A DNA stretch of 64,000 bases from Candidatus Micrarchaeota archaeon (GTDB taxonomy: Archaea > Micrarchaeota > Micrarchaeia > Norongarragalinales > UBA8480): NCBI GenBank assembly GCA_021812145.1, contig JAKAOM010000001.1, forward strand, positions 21,898 to 85,897, in the 5' to 3' direction. Both the position numbers and the translations under genes were made by a program. Positions 25,301-33,057 of this stretch are shown piece by piece. The notes under the pieces are model-generated. The model was not told where the DNA came from, ran no database searches, and was given only the letters and a program-made list of their open reading frames with translations. Numbering within the stretch: the first letter of the stretch is position 1; each line of letters starts with the position of its first letter.

Positions 25301-26100
25301 ACATCTGAAGGCCTGCGCTCCGACACTATCTCTTTCGTTTTTTCAAGCAGGAAGTATTTTTCAGGCGACAAAGTGTATTCCGGCGGGTTTATGTAGTATA
25401 AGTATTCTATTTTTTCCGGGTGCTTGTATACGTAAACTTTGGATTTTTCAACTTCGTACTCGTCAACCAATTCCAATGTTTCAGTTCCTGTGAATAGTAT
25501 CCTGCTTCCTATAAAACTCGGCTTTATCCCGCTTTCGAATATTCCCCTGTAAACTAACCTTCCTTCAGGTATGCTTCCCAATTGCGAGATGTAATCCTTC
25601 ATCTTTTTAACAAGGGTTAGCGTGTCAAGATTGTTTTTTATGAACACAACCGTTGCCAGGAATACTTTCTCATCTTCAGGGTTCATGCTTGTTTGGGCTG
25701 CTTGGGTTTGGTCTTTTAACAGCTGCAGGGTTTTGAAGTACGCTGCGGCAGGGTCGGTGTGAAGTAAATTCATTATTTCAAGTATTTTGTCATGCCTTTC
25801 GCTTATAATCCTCGCTTCCTTGGTTGTTCCAAGCCTTGACGGGGCCCAAACGTTCTCGTTTTCGAATTTAGTTATGACGTCCGCCACTCCCTTGAGCATT
25901 TTAGTCTGCTCTTCGTTGTATATTCTTTCATAATATTCGACTAAAACAACCTCGTCCACCTCGTTGCTCTGCAGGTTTTCAAGCACGTCCCTCATGCATA
26001 CCGCGTGCTCAGCTATGTCCGGCGTGATGTTTGCCCCCTTATAATCAATAACAAGCAGCCTCTTGTCCCCTTCTTTTCTTACTATTGCTTCCCTTGCCAT
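22312..26100 (-). CDS. type II/IV secretion-system ATPase (GspE/VirB11/FlaI superfamily) interrupted by an intein
   Basis: Walker A GSRGAGKTS, Asp-box/Walker B DSVLVVGEVRS then resumes TEARALYEAMRVGAVGNVVMGTIHGESA (His-box); 1262 aa total, ~750 aa extein. Confidence 0.7.
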   Translation of the reverse strand: MAREAIVRKEGDKRLLVIDYKGANITPDIAEHAVCMRDVLENLQSNEVDEVVLVEYYERIYNEEQTKMLKGVADVITKFENENVWAPSRLGTTKEARIISERHDKILEIMNLLHTDPAAAYFKTLQLLKDQTQAAQTSMNPEDEKVFLATVVFIKNNLDTLTLVKKMKDYISQLGSIPEGRLVYRGIFESGIKPSFIGSRILFTGTETLELVDEYEVEKSKVYVYKHPEKIEYLYYINPPEYTLSPEKYFLLEKTKEIVSERRPSDVGFMDMDQARKYFSKIYINTISDIAVRNKISLSMEEKEELATIVARYTIGYGILEIILNDRQLTDVYIDSPLGIKPVYLVHSKYGQCQTNVIFSEEEAKALVSRFRALSGRPFDEAHPILDFDLPDLQTRVAVIGKPLALDGTAFALRLHKETPWTLPQFLDFKMFNPITAGILSFFVDAQASMLIVGSRGAGKTSLLQALMQEIPQNLRIIVQEDTQELPVPQLKNLAFNIERLKTRPPLGAQSEAEVSAEDALRTALRLGDSVLVVGEVRSSIRGNEEVFIIENGVTKRIQIKDIEGKNTSSIQVPAIEFDLKTTLKPLSGFVKHPERKRMIEITTKTGRKVTVTPDHSLFTATRDFKIAAIECEKLCEGDQIVIPSRIPCGFNDLTEIHLMKILPELRVENFESPVRTAISKIGWREATLIAEVTSGDIYNYFRTSSSQQVNIPIESFKKLMEKTETAFDEKKLKVKTGTSTSIPAVIQVNEEFCRFLGYYVSEGYYDLKKGKGGNVVLTNSNEVLLSDMKFVSQSLFGIQPSEREVHGAGRSIQLRLSSSPLARLIEKLGGGRTCTEKRIPSMIYGLSKKKIANFLRALYSGDGSFTASKNSGNSVRYYSTSKKLAEDVSYLLLVFGIVARVYSRKHQNEKSNELWIVEFKEREAVKTFLNEIGFVQKKPTPLIKAWAHNKTNTVYFEKESLKEHLKKYPRRYRHLFRFGRCSKNYLKKVISDPECECSEEMKTFANGDFYLDEIVSIKEINLKKPEPVYDLSVSPCQNFIGGFGGILLHNTEARALYEAMRVGAVGNVVMGTIHGESAYSIWDRVVNDLGVPTTSFKATDFAIVGAPIRFKGSLKRQRRIIEITEVKKEWNVDPLKEDGFLNWENFNANIDGLELYQEKIKQSEWIAKVMRNRGLSYEDIWNEISARAATKQFLVDLKRKNNVPQILEANYSIRAHSKYLLMQEKQREEHGGIDYKTLLQEWQEWVTQNLLREATTSKGLS
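22948..24483 (-). other. intein (~512 aa) with LAGLIDADG homing-endonuclease domain inside the secretion ATPase
   Basis: block B TPDHSLFT, LAGLIDADG-like motifs FLGYYVSEGY and LRALYSGDGS, terminal GGILLHN followed by +1 Thr; inserted directly after GEVRS of the Walker-B/Asp box. Confidence 0.65.
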
Positions 26101-26371
26101 TTTACTCCAATTGTTTTTTTCTGAAGAGTTTTTTAACTCTTTCGCCGGGCGCGTGATTGTTTAGAAAATCAAGTTCGTTTGATAAATCTGTCTTGTTTTA
26201 ACGAATGAAATTTTATTAATTTAGTGATAATAAAAATCTTGCAATGGAGATATTATACTTTAAGCGTTTTATCAGCAAATTTGAAAAGATTAAAAAGTTA
26301 ATGTGTTTAAACAAGATTACAAATAATAATTTAAGAAGTAAGATATAATTCAAATAAAGGATGGTTATGAT

Positions 26372-26989
26372 ATGAGTTTAAAGAGTTTTATAAAGTTTGC
26401 TATAATACAGCCTAAAACAGCTTTTCAAAACATAGTTATGACTGTGATTGGAGTTTATGGTAGGTATAGCGAGTTGAGTGTTTTTAAAGAAACTTTTTTG
26501 GAAGGAGAATATGCCTGGCTTTATAACCAAATCAATCAGCAGTCTGTAGTTGTTGATATAGGTAGTAATGTTGGCGACACGGCTTTCTTTTTCTTGACGA
26601 ATAATAAAGTGAAAAAACTTATCGGTTTTGAAGTGGATGGTAAAGCGTTCGGAAGGTGCAAGCAGATTTTCACTCGTTTGAATCAAGATCGCGCTTTGTT
26701 TTTAAACAAGAAGGCGGATTTAAGTGTTATGAATAAGATTTTAAAAGATCAAAACTTCCCAATTGCGATTAAGTGCGATATTGAGGGTGGCGAGTACGAT
26801 ATTTTCAGGGAGGGTTTGGATTTGAAGAAGGTTTACGCTATAGAGATGGAGTATCATTACGACGTTCAAAAAATTAAGAGTTTTTTGGAAAGTGAAGGCT
26901 TCACGGTAGAGTTTTCAAGAAAGAATAATAATCCAATTGGTTGGAATATAGGCTTGCTTAAAGCAAAAAGGCCTTTGTTGCATAAATAA
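26372..26989 (+). CDS. FkbM-family SAM-dependent methyltransferase
   Basis: VVDIGSNVGDTAFFF… Methyltransf_21-type motif. Confidence 0.45.
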   Translation: MSLKSFIKFAIIQPKTAFQNIVMTVIGVYGRYSELSVFKETFLEGEYAWLYNQINQQSVVVDIGSNVGDTAFFFLTNNKVKKLIGFEVDGKAFGRCKQIFTRLNQDRALFLNKKADLSVMNKILKDQNFPIAIKCDIEGGEYDIFREGLDLKKVYAIEMEYHYDVQKIKSFLESEGFTVEFSRKNNNPIGWNIGLLKAKRPLLHK

Positions 26990-27097
26990 CCCCCCCTAAT
27001 GCTCTGTTTTTATGCTATTGTTTTAAATTCTTTTTCAGCGTTATTTTTTATTGTTTTAAACGCTTTAAAAGCGTTTTTGGAAAAGGTTTTTTTTGTA

Positions 27098-27808
27098 ATG
27101 GTTTTTCTTTCTGTGGTTATTCCCGCTTTCAACAAGGAAGATTCTATTTCTAAAACTCTTGCTGAAGTTAAGCGTTCTTGCGATTCTTTTAAGGTTTCTT
27201 ATGAAGTTGTTATAGTTGATGATCACTCAACAGATAATACTTATCCTGAGATTGTTAAGACAGTTAAAAATTGGCTTAATTTCAGGGTTTTTAAAAAGGT
27301 TAAGAATGGTGGAAAGGGAGGTGCTTTGAAGGAGGGTTTTTTTAAAGCTAAGGGGGATTTGGTTGCTTTTATCGATGCTGACTTGGATTTACCTCCAAAG
27401 CAGTTGAAAGTTTTCATCGATTTGATGAATGTCTACAATGCCGACGCTATTATTGGAAGCAAGAGGAACAGTCTTTCAAAGGTTGAGTATTCAAGCGTTA
27501 GGAATTTCCTTTCCTGGGGTTACTACAAGCTGGTCAGGGGTTTGTTCAACCTGCGTGTTTCCGACACTCAAGTGGGAATGAAGCTTTTCAAAAGGAAGAA
27601 AATAGAAAAAATAATAAGCAAGGTAAACAGCAGCGGTTTTGCCTTCGATCTTGAGCTTTTGGCCAGAATGAGAAAGGAAAACATGAATATTGGCGAGTCA
27701 CCCATCATTATGAAACATTCTAATTTTGGAAGCAGCGTTAGCGTTTTTGCTATTGCTAAAATGCTGAAGGAGACTTTACTAGTTTACTTCACTGTTTTGA
27801 GAGGTTGA
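27098..27808 (+). CDS. GT2 glycosyltransferase (Dpm1-like)
   Basis: MVFLSVVIPAFNKEDSI…VVIVDDHSTDNT…FIDADLD: GT2 DxD architecture. Confidence 0.6.
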   Translation: MVFLSVVIPAFNKEDSISKTLAEVKRSCDSFKVSYEVVIVDDHSTDNTYPEIVKTVKNWLNFRVFKKVKNGGKGGALKEGFFKAKGDLVAFIDADLDLPPKQLKVFIDLMNVYNADAIIGSKRNSLSKVEYSSVRNFLSWGYYKLVRGLFNLRVSDTQVGMKLFKRKKIEKIISKVNSSGFAFDLELLARMRKENMNIGESPIIMKHSNFGSSVSVFAIAKMLKETLLVYFTVLRG

Positions 27809-27809
27809 T

Positions 27810-28760
27810 TTGATTTTTTTGAAGTTCTCCATTATAATTCCAGTTAAGCGGTTCAATCCAATGCTTGAACAATGTTTGAACGATTGTTTGAAGCAGAAGA
27901 ACGCAGAAGTTATAGTAATTCCTGACGTTGCTTTTAAGTTTGAAGGAGTTAGAGTTTTAACTTTGAAGGGAAGCCCTTCTGACAAGAGGGATTTCGCTGC
28001 TAAAAAAGCTAAAGGTGAGTTCCTTGCTTTCATTGATGATGATGCTTTTCCTGATAATGATTGGCTTAAGAACAGTTTGAAGTATTTCAAAGAAGGAGTG
28101 GTTGCGGTAGCTGGCCCCGCAGTAACACCTGAAGGGGAGGAGTTGAAGAGGAATGCTAGTGGTTTGATTTTTTCATCTTTTATAGGAGGTGGGGGTTTGG
28201 GCTATAGATATGTTAAGGGTTTTTCAAAGGAGGTTGATGATTATCCTAGTGTTAATTTTATAGTTAAGAAGAGCGATTTTGAAGAGGTTGGGGGTTTTGA
28301 CACGAAGTACTGGCCTGGTGAGGATACTATTTTGTGTTTGAAGCTGAAAAAGTTGGGTAGAAAAATTATTTATACCGGCGATGTGGTTGTTTTTCATCAC
28401 AGGAGGCGCTTGTTTGGTGAGCATTTGAAGCAGGTTTTTTCCTACGCTTTGCACAGGGGTTTTTTTGCTAAAAAATATCCTGAAAACTCGCTTAAGGCAA
28501 AGTATTTCATCCCTTCTGTTTTTGTTTTAAGCGTTGTTGCAGGCTTGATTCTTTCTTTATTCTACAGTTGGGCTTTCCTTGCTCTTGCTTTAGTTCTTTT
28601 TGTTTACTTTTTGGTTGTTTTGCTTGAAAGTTTGAAAACCGCTTTTAAAGAAGGAAGTGTTGAATTGTTTTTCTTGTTTTTCGCAGGCGTTATTTTAACC
28701 CATTTTTTTTACGGGGTTGGTTTTATTAAGGGTTTGCTGTCTAAAGATTTAACTCGTTGA
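27810..28760 (+). CDS. GT2 glycosyltransferase with C-terminal TM helices
   Basis: FSIIIPVKRFN…FIDDDAFPDNDWL, C-terminal hydrophobic segments. Confidence 0.55.
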   Translation: MIFLKFSIIIPVKRFNPMLEQCLNDCLKQKNAEVIVIPDVAFKFEGVRVLTLKGSPSDKRDFAAKKAKGEFLAFIDDDAFPDNDWLKNSLKYFKEGVVAVAGPAVTPEGEELKRNASGLIFSSFIGGGGLGYRYVKGFSKEVDDYPSVNFIVKKSDFEEVGGFDTKYWPGEDTILCLKLKKLGRKIIYTGDVVVFHHRRRLFGEHLKQVFSYALHRGFFAKKYPENSLKAKYFIPSVFVLSVVAGLILSLFYSWAFLALALVLFVYFLVVLLESLKTAFKEGSVELFFLFFAGVILTHFFYGVGFIKGLLSKDLTR

Positions 28761-28789
28761 ATGTTTTAAATTGCAGTGTGATTTGAATT

Positions 28790-30256
28790 TTGAAAAGTTT
28801 GAAAGTTTGCATTACCTACCCCCCTATTGATGAAAGTAAGGGTGTGCCGTTGTTGTCTCAGAACCGTCAGTTTCAGTACTTTAATTCTCCTACTTTTATC
28901 TATCCTATGATTCCTGCTTCAGCCGCTACTCTTTTAAAAAAGAATGGTTTTGAAGTGGTTTGGCTTGACGGCATCGCTGAGCGTTTGAAGCCTGAAGCGT
29001 ATTTGAAAATTCTTGAGAAGGAGAAGCCTGACTTGGTTTTTATTGAAACCAAAACTCCTGTGGTGAAAAAGCATTGGTTGTGGATTGAAAAGATTAAGAA
29101 TGCGGTTCCTAAAGTCAAGGTGGTTTTGGCAGGCGATCATGTTACTGCTTTGCCTGAAGAGTCTTTCAGCAATTCAAGCGTTGATTTTATTCTAGCCGGG
29201 GGGGATTTTGATTTTCTTTTGCTTAATTTAGCGAGTTTTTTGACTGGAAAAACAAAAAAATTGGAAGGTGGGATTTGGTTTAGAAAAGGCAAGGTTTTGA
29301 AAAGCAGTGGAATACCGGTTCAGAATCACGATTTGAATTCAATTCCTTTTATCGACCGTGTTTTGACTAAGTGGAGGCTTTACGCTTATGATAATGGTAA
29401 TTTCAAGAAAACTCCTGGAACTTACACAATGGTTGCAAGGGATTGTTGGTGGAGGAAGAACGGTGGCTGCACTTTTTGCAGTTGGACTACTCTCTACAAG
29501 AGTTTTAAATCCAGGACTCCTGAAAGTCTTTTTGAGGAAGTTAAATATCTAGTTGATACTTTTCATTTCAAGGAGATTTTTGACGATTCAGGAAGTTTCC
29601 CTGCTGGGGTGTGGATTGAAAAATTCTGCAATCTTATGATAGAAAGCGGCTACAATAAAAAAGTAACTTTAGGCTGTAATATGCGAGTTAATGCTTTGAA
29701 TCAAAAACAATACAATTTGATGAAGAAAGCTGGGTTTAGGTTCCTGCTTTACGGGGTCGAAAGCGCTAGCCAGAAAACGCTTGACAGAATAAACAAAGGC
29801 ACAAAAGTTGAAGATACGGCTAAAGCTTGCATGATGGCTAAAAAAGCTGGTTTGGAACCTCATTTGACAGTTATGTTTGGATATCCATGGGAGACTAAAA
29901 CAGACATGTATAATACTGTAAAAGAAGTAAGGGAGATTTTCAGGGAGGGTTGGGCGGACACTCTTCAAGCCACTATAGTCATTCCTTACCCCGGAACAAG
30001 GCTTTTTGACGAGTGCAAAAAGAACAAGTGGCTCAAGACAACAAACTGGGATGAATATGATATGAGAGCGCCTGTAATGAAAAGCAAGGCAGGAGATGAA
30101 GAAATAAAAAAATCCGTTCAGGATTGCTATAAAGTTTTCATGACTCCAAGATATGTTTTAAGAAAGATTGTTGGAATTAGGAGCAAGGAGGATTTGAAGT
30201 TTATCAAGAAAGGGGTTAAATCAGTTTTAGGTCATTTGAAAGACTTTTCAGGTTGA
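28790..30256 (+). CDS. B12-binding-domain radical SAM enzyme
   Basis: N-terminal cobalamin-binding Rossmann-like domain, Cys cluster CWWRKNGGCTFC, radical-SAM core YGVESASQKTLDRINKG. Confidence 0.55.
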   Translation: MKSLKVCITYPPIDESKGVPLLSQNRQFQYFNSPTFIYPMIPASAATLLKKNGFEVVWLDGIAERLKPEAYLKILEKEKPDLVFIETKTPVVKKHWLWIEKIKNAVPKVKVVLAGDHVTALPEESFSNSSVDFILAGGDFDFLLLNLASFLTGKTKKLEGGIWFRKGKVLKSSGIPVQNHDLNSIPFIDRVLTKWRLYAYDNGNFKKTPGTYTMVARDCWWRKNGGCTFCSWTTLYKSFKSRTPESLFEEVKYLVDTFHFKEIFDDSGSFPAGVWIEKFCNLMIESGYNKKVTLGCNMRVNALNQKQYNLMKKAGFRFLLYGVESASQKTLDRINKGTKVEDTAKACMMAKKAGLEPHLTVMFGYPWETKTDMYNTVKEVREIFREGWADTLQATIVIPYPGTRLFDECKKNKWLKTTNWDEYDMRAPVMKSKAGDEEIKKSVQDCYKVFMTPRYVLRKIVGIRSKEDLKFIKKGVKSVLGHLKDFSG

Positions 30257-30272
30257 TTTGAGGTAGTTTTAT

Positions 30273-31103
30273 ATGAAAAAAGCTTTGATTACTGGAATAA
30301 ACAAATCAATTGATAAAATTTATTCAAAAAAATGGCTGGATAATGCATTGAAAGAGGATGAATTTATAAATAAACCCTATTTAGAATTTACAAACTATAA
30401 TTCATATTCTGAATTAAATAAATTAGTCAAAATTGTTGAATTAGTTGAGCTCATGCAAATCAAGAAAGGGGTGAAACCAATTAAAATTAATATTCTTGAA
30501 ATAGGTTGTGGAACTGGAAATATTTGTATCCCTTTAGCGTCCAAGGGGTATAATGTTATTGGCATAGACCTGAACAAAAACGCAATTACTAAAGCAAATC
30601 AAATAAAGAAATCTAAAAAGTTAAATAATGTAAATTTTTTCGTTAAAAATACTTCTGAATATTTTTGTAGCGATTCTATTAAAAAATTTGATATTATTAT
30701 TGCAAGTGATATTTTAGAGCATTTACAAAATCCAATTAATATTTGTACATCCATCTTTGATAATTTAGAAGGTGGTGGTTTTTTCATTGTGACAATTCCA
30801 AATGGATTAGGCTTATCTGAATTATTAATAAATAATTTTTCAAAAAACGTAAGAAAGATTTTAGGCGAAGTTGTTGATGACGGTTATAATCATATTCAGA
30901 GATTTACTATAAATAAAATAAACCTATTACTAACTAAGAGTGGTTTTAAACAAATTAAGTTTATTTGTAATATTGATTTTATTACCTTTTTTCCGTTTAT
31001 AAATAGATCTATTCTTGCAAGGATTGATTTTAAGATTAGTAAATTAATACCTACTTTTTTAGCTAATAGGTGGATTTTTTTAGCAATAAAAACTGATGAT
31101 TAA
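30273..31103 (+). CDS. class I SAM-dependent methyltransferase
   Basis: ILEIGCGTGNICIPLASKGYNVIGIDLN motif I/II. Confidence 0.55.
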   Translation: MKKALITGINKSIDKIYSKKWLDNALKEDEFINKPYLEFTNYNSYSELNKLVKIVELVELMQIKKGVKPIKINILEIGCGTGNICIPLASKGYNVIGIDLNKNAITKANQIKKSKKLNNVNFFVKNTSEYFCSDSIKKFDIIIASDILEHLQNPINICTSIFDNLEGGGFFIVTIPNGLGLSELLINNFSKNVRKILGEVVDDGYNHIQRFTINKINLLLTKSGFKQIKFICNIDFITFFPFINRSILARIDFKISKLIPTFLANRWIFLAIKTDD

Positions 31104-31106
31104 AAA

Positions 31107-32306
31107 GTGGCAATATCTAAAAAATTGACTGTTGGTTTCGTTTCTACTTTCACCCCTGAAAGTAATTATTCTCAATTTTTATCAGAGTCTATCTATAAAT
31201 CAAAACAAAATGACCTTAAACTTATAGCCTACGCACCTTTACATGAAAATGTTTCAAATCTTAGGGTTGGTTTAAAAAAGAAAATTTGGAATTATTTTTG
31301 GTATCCACTTCAAATAGCATTTCATTCCTTTAGAGATAATATTGATATAATACACTTCCAGTATGAGTTTAATATGTATGGTTCTATGATTTTTTCTTCT
31401 TTTTTTCCACTTGCGTTACTACTTCAAAAATTAATCAGAAAAAAAGTAGTAACAACAGTTCATGTTGTAGTGTCTCAAAATGAAATTGATGAAGATTTTA
31501 AATCTACATTCAACGCAAGTTTGTTACCTAGTGCGCTAATAAAGACGTGGTTTTACATTAATTATTTTTTTATAGGGTATATATCGGATACAATTATAGT
31601 ACATTCAGAATGTTTTAAGGAAACACTTGAAAGAGAGTATAAAATTGATAAAAACAAAATAATAGTTTTGAATCACGGAATTCCATCTTATAATAATAAA
31701 GATAAAAAGTTAAATTTGTTTAAAAAACTTATACATAATTACAAAAATAAAAAGGTAATATTATCTTTTGGATACATTACAAAAAGAAAGGGCCTGGATT
31801 ATTTAATAAAAGCCTTTGAAAAAATAAACAAAAAATACAATGAGGTTATTTTAATAATTGCAGGTAATGTATTAATACATGAAAAGAAATATATTGAAAC
31901 ACTTAAAAAAAAAATTGTTGATATTCCAAATATCTTAATAATAGATAGATTTCTAACACTTGATGAAATAAAGGCACTATATTCTAATAGTTACATTTCT
32001 GTTTTTCCATATACTTATTCAATCTCTGCAAGTGGAACAACCGCGTTATCATTTGCTTTTTCAGTTCCATTAATTGTTACAAATTTGGGAAGTTTTAAAG
32101 AGGATATTGAAGAGACTGATTGCGGCATACTAGTCAACAAAAAAAACGCCCATGATTTAGAAAAAGCAATTGAGAAATTATTGACAAACAAAAAAGTTTA
32201 TAAAAAAATAAAATATAAAATGAATATTGTCAAAAAAGAAAGATCTTGGAGCAATATCGCAATTCAAACAATAAATTTATATAAGAATAATTTGGATATT
32301 AATTAG
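31107..32306 (+). CDS. GT4-family (GT-B) glycosyltransferase
   Basis: GYITKRKGLDYLIKAF…ILIIAGN…FPYTYSISASGTTALSFAFSVPLIVTNLGSFKE. Confidence 0.6.
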   Translation: MAISKKLTVGFVSTFTPESNYSQFLSESIYKSKQNDLKLIAYAPLHENVSNLRVGLKKKIWNYFWYPLQIAFHSFRDNIDIIHFQYEFNMYGSMIFSSFFPLALLLQKLIRKKVVTTVHVVVSQNEIDEDFKSTFNASLLPSALIKTWFYINYFFIGYISDTIIVHSECFKETLEREYKIDKNKIIVLNHGIPSYNNKDKKLNLFKKLIHNYKNKKVILSFGYITKRKGLDYLIKAFEKINKKYNEVILIIAGNVLIHEKKYIETLKKKIVDIPNILIIDRFLTLDEIKALYSNSYISVFPYTYSISASGTTALSFAFSVPLIVTNLGSFKEDIEETDCGILVNKKNAHDLEKAIEKLLTNKKVYKKIKYKMNIVKKERSWSNIAIQTINLYKNNLDIN

Positions 32307-32346
32307 GCAATAATACCTATTTTACTTAATTTAAAGATGTTTAAAA

Positions 32347-33057
32347 ATGAATTTAAATAAAATATTTATGAATATATATTTGAGAATTAGAAATTTAGAC
32401 AACAATATGTTTAGAGATTTAATTTTTAAAATTTATTCAGATTTGATATATTTACACCACTTTATACTCAATTCTAAATACTTTTATATTGATGGGAAAA
32501 AATATACTTATTTCTCATCACCGTACTATCAAACATTGGCAACGGAAAGATGTATTGAAATACCGTTTGTACTCTCTTTTATAAATAATAATTCAAAAAC
32601 AAATACTCTAGAAATTGGTAACGTCCTATCTAACCATATCTCATTTAAACATGACGTATTAGACAAATATGAAATTGCTAAGGGAGTTATTAATGAGGAT
32701 GTAGCATATTATAATTTCAAAAAAAAGTATGATTTGATATTATCAATTTCTACTTTGGAGCATGTGGGTTTTGATGAACCTGAACATGATGCTGAAAAGG
32801 TTATAATTGCAATCAAAAATTTAATTAATTCATTGGATAAAAAAGGGATTTTAATAATTAGTGTTCCTCTAGGCTATAATCCGGTTATAGATAAACTTAT
32901 ATTAAGAAATACTTTTAAATTTAAAAAATATTTTATGATTAAAACTTCATTTATGAATACTTGGAAACAAGCAAATATTAGCGAAGCTATGAATAAAAAA
33001 TACGGCAGTAAATATCCATTTGCTAATTCTATTGCTTTTTTATTGTACTATAAATAA
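32347..33057 (+). CDS. methyltransferase-like protein
   Basis: LEIGNVLSNH…DLILSISTLEHVGFDE… resembles Methyltransf_11/23 fold but lacks a clear GxGxG. Confidence 0.3.
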   Translation: MNLNKIFMNIYLRIRNLDNNMFRDLIFKIYSDLIYLHHFILNSKYFYIDGKKYTYFSSPYYQTLATERCIEIPFVLSFINNNSKTNTLEIGNVLSNHISFKHDVLDKYEIAKGVINEDVAYYNFKKKYDLILSISTLEHVGFDEPEHDAEKVIIAIKNLINSLDKKGILIISVPLGYNPVIDKLILRNTFKFKKYFMIKTSFMNTWKQANISEAMNKKYGSKYPFANSIAFLLYYK

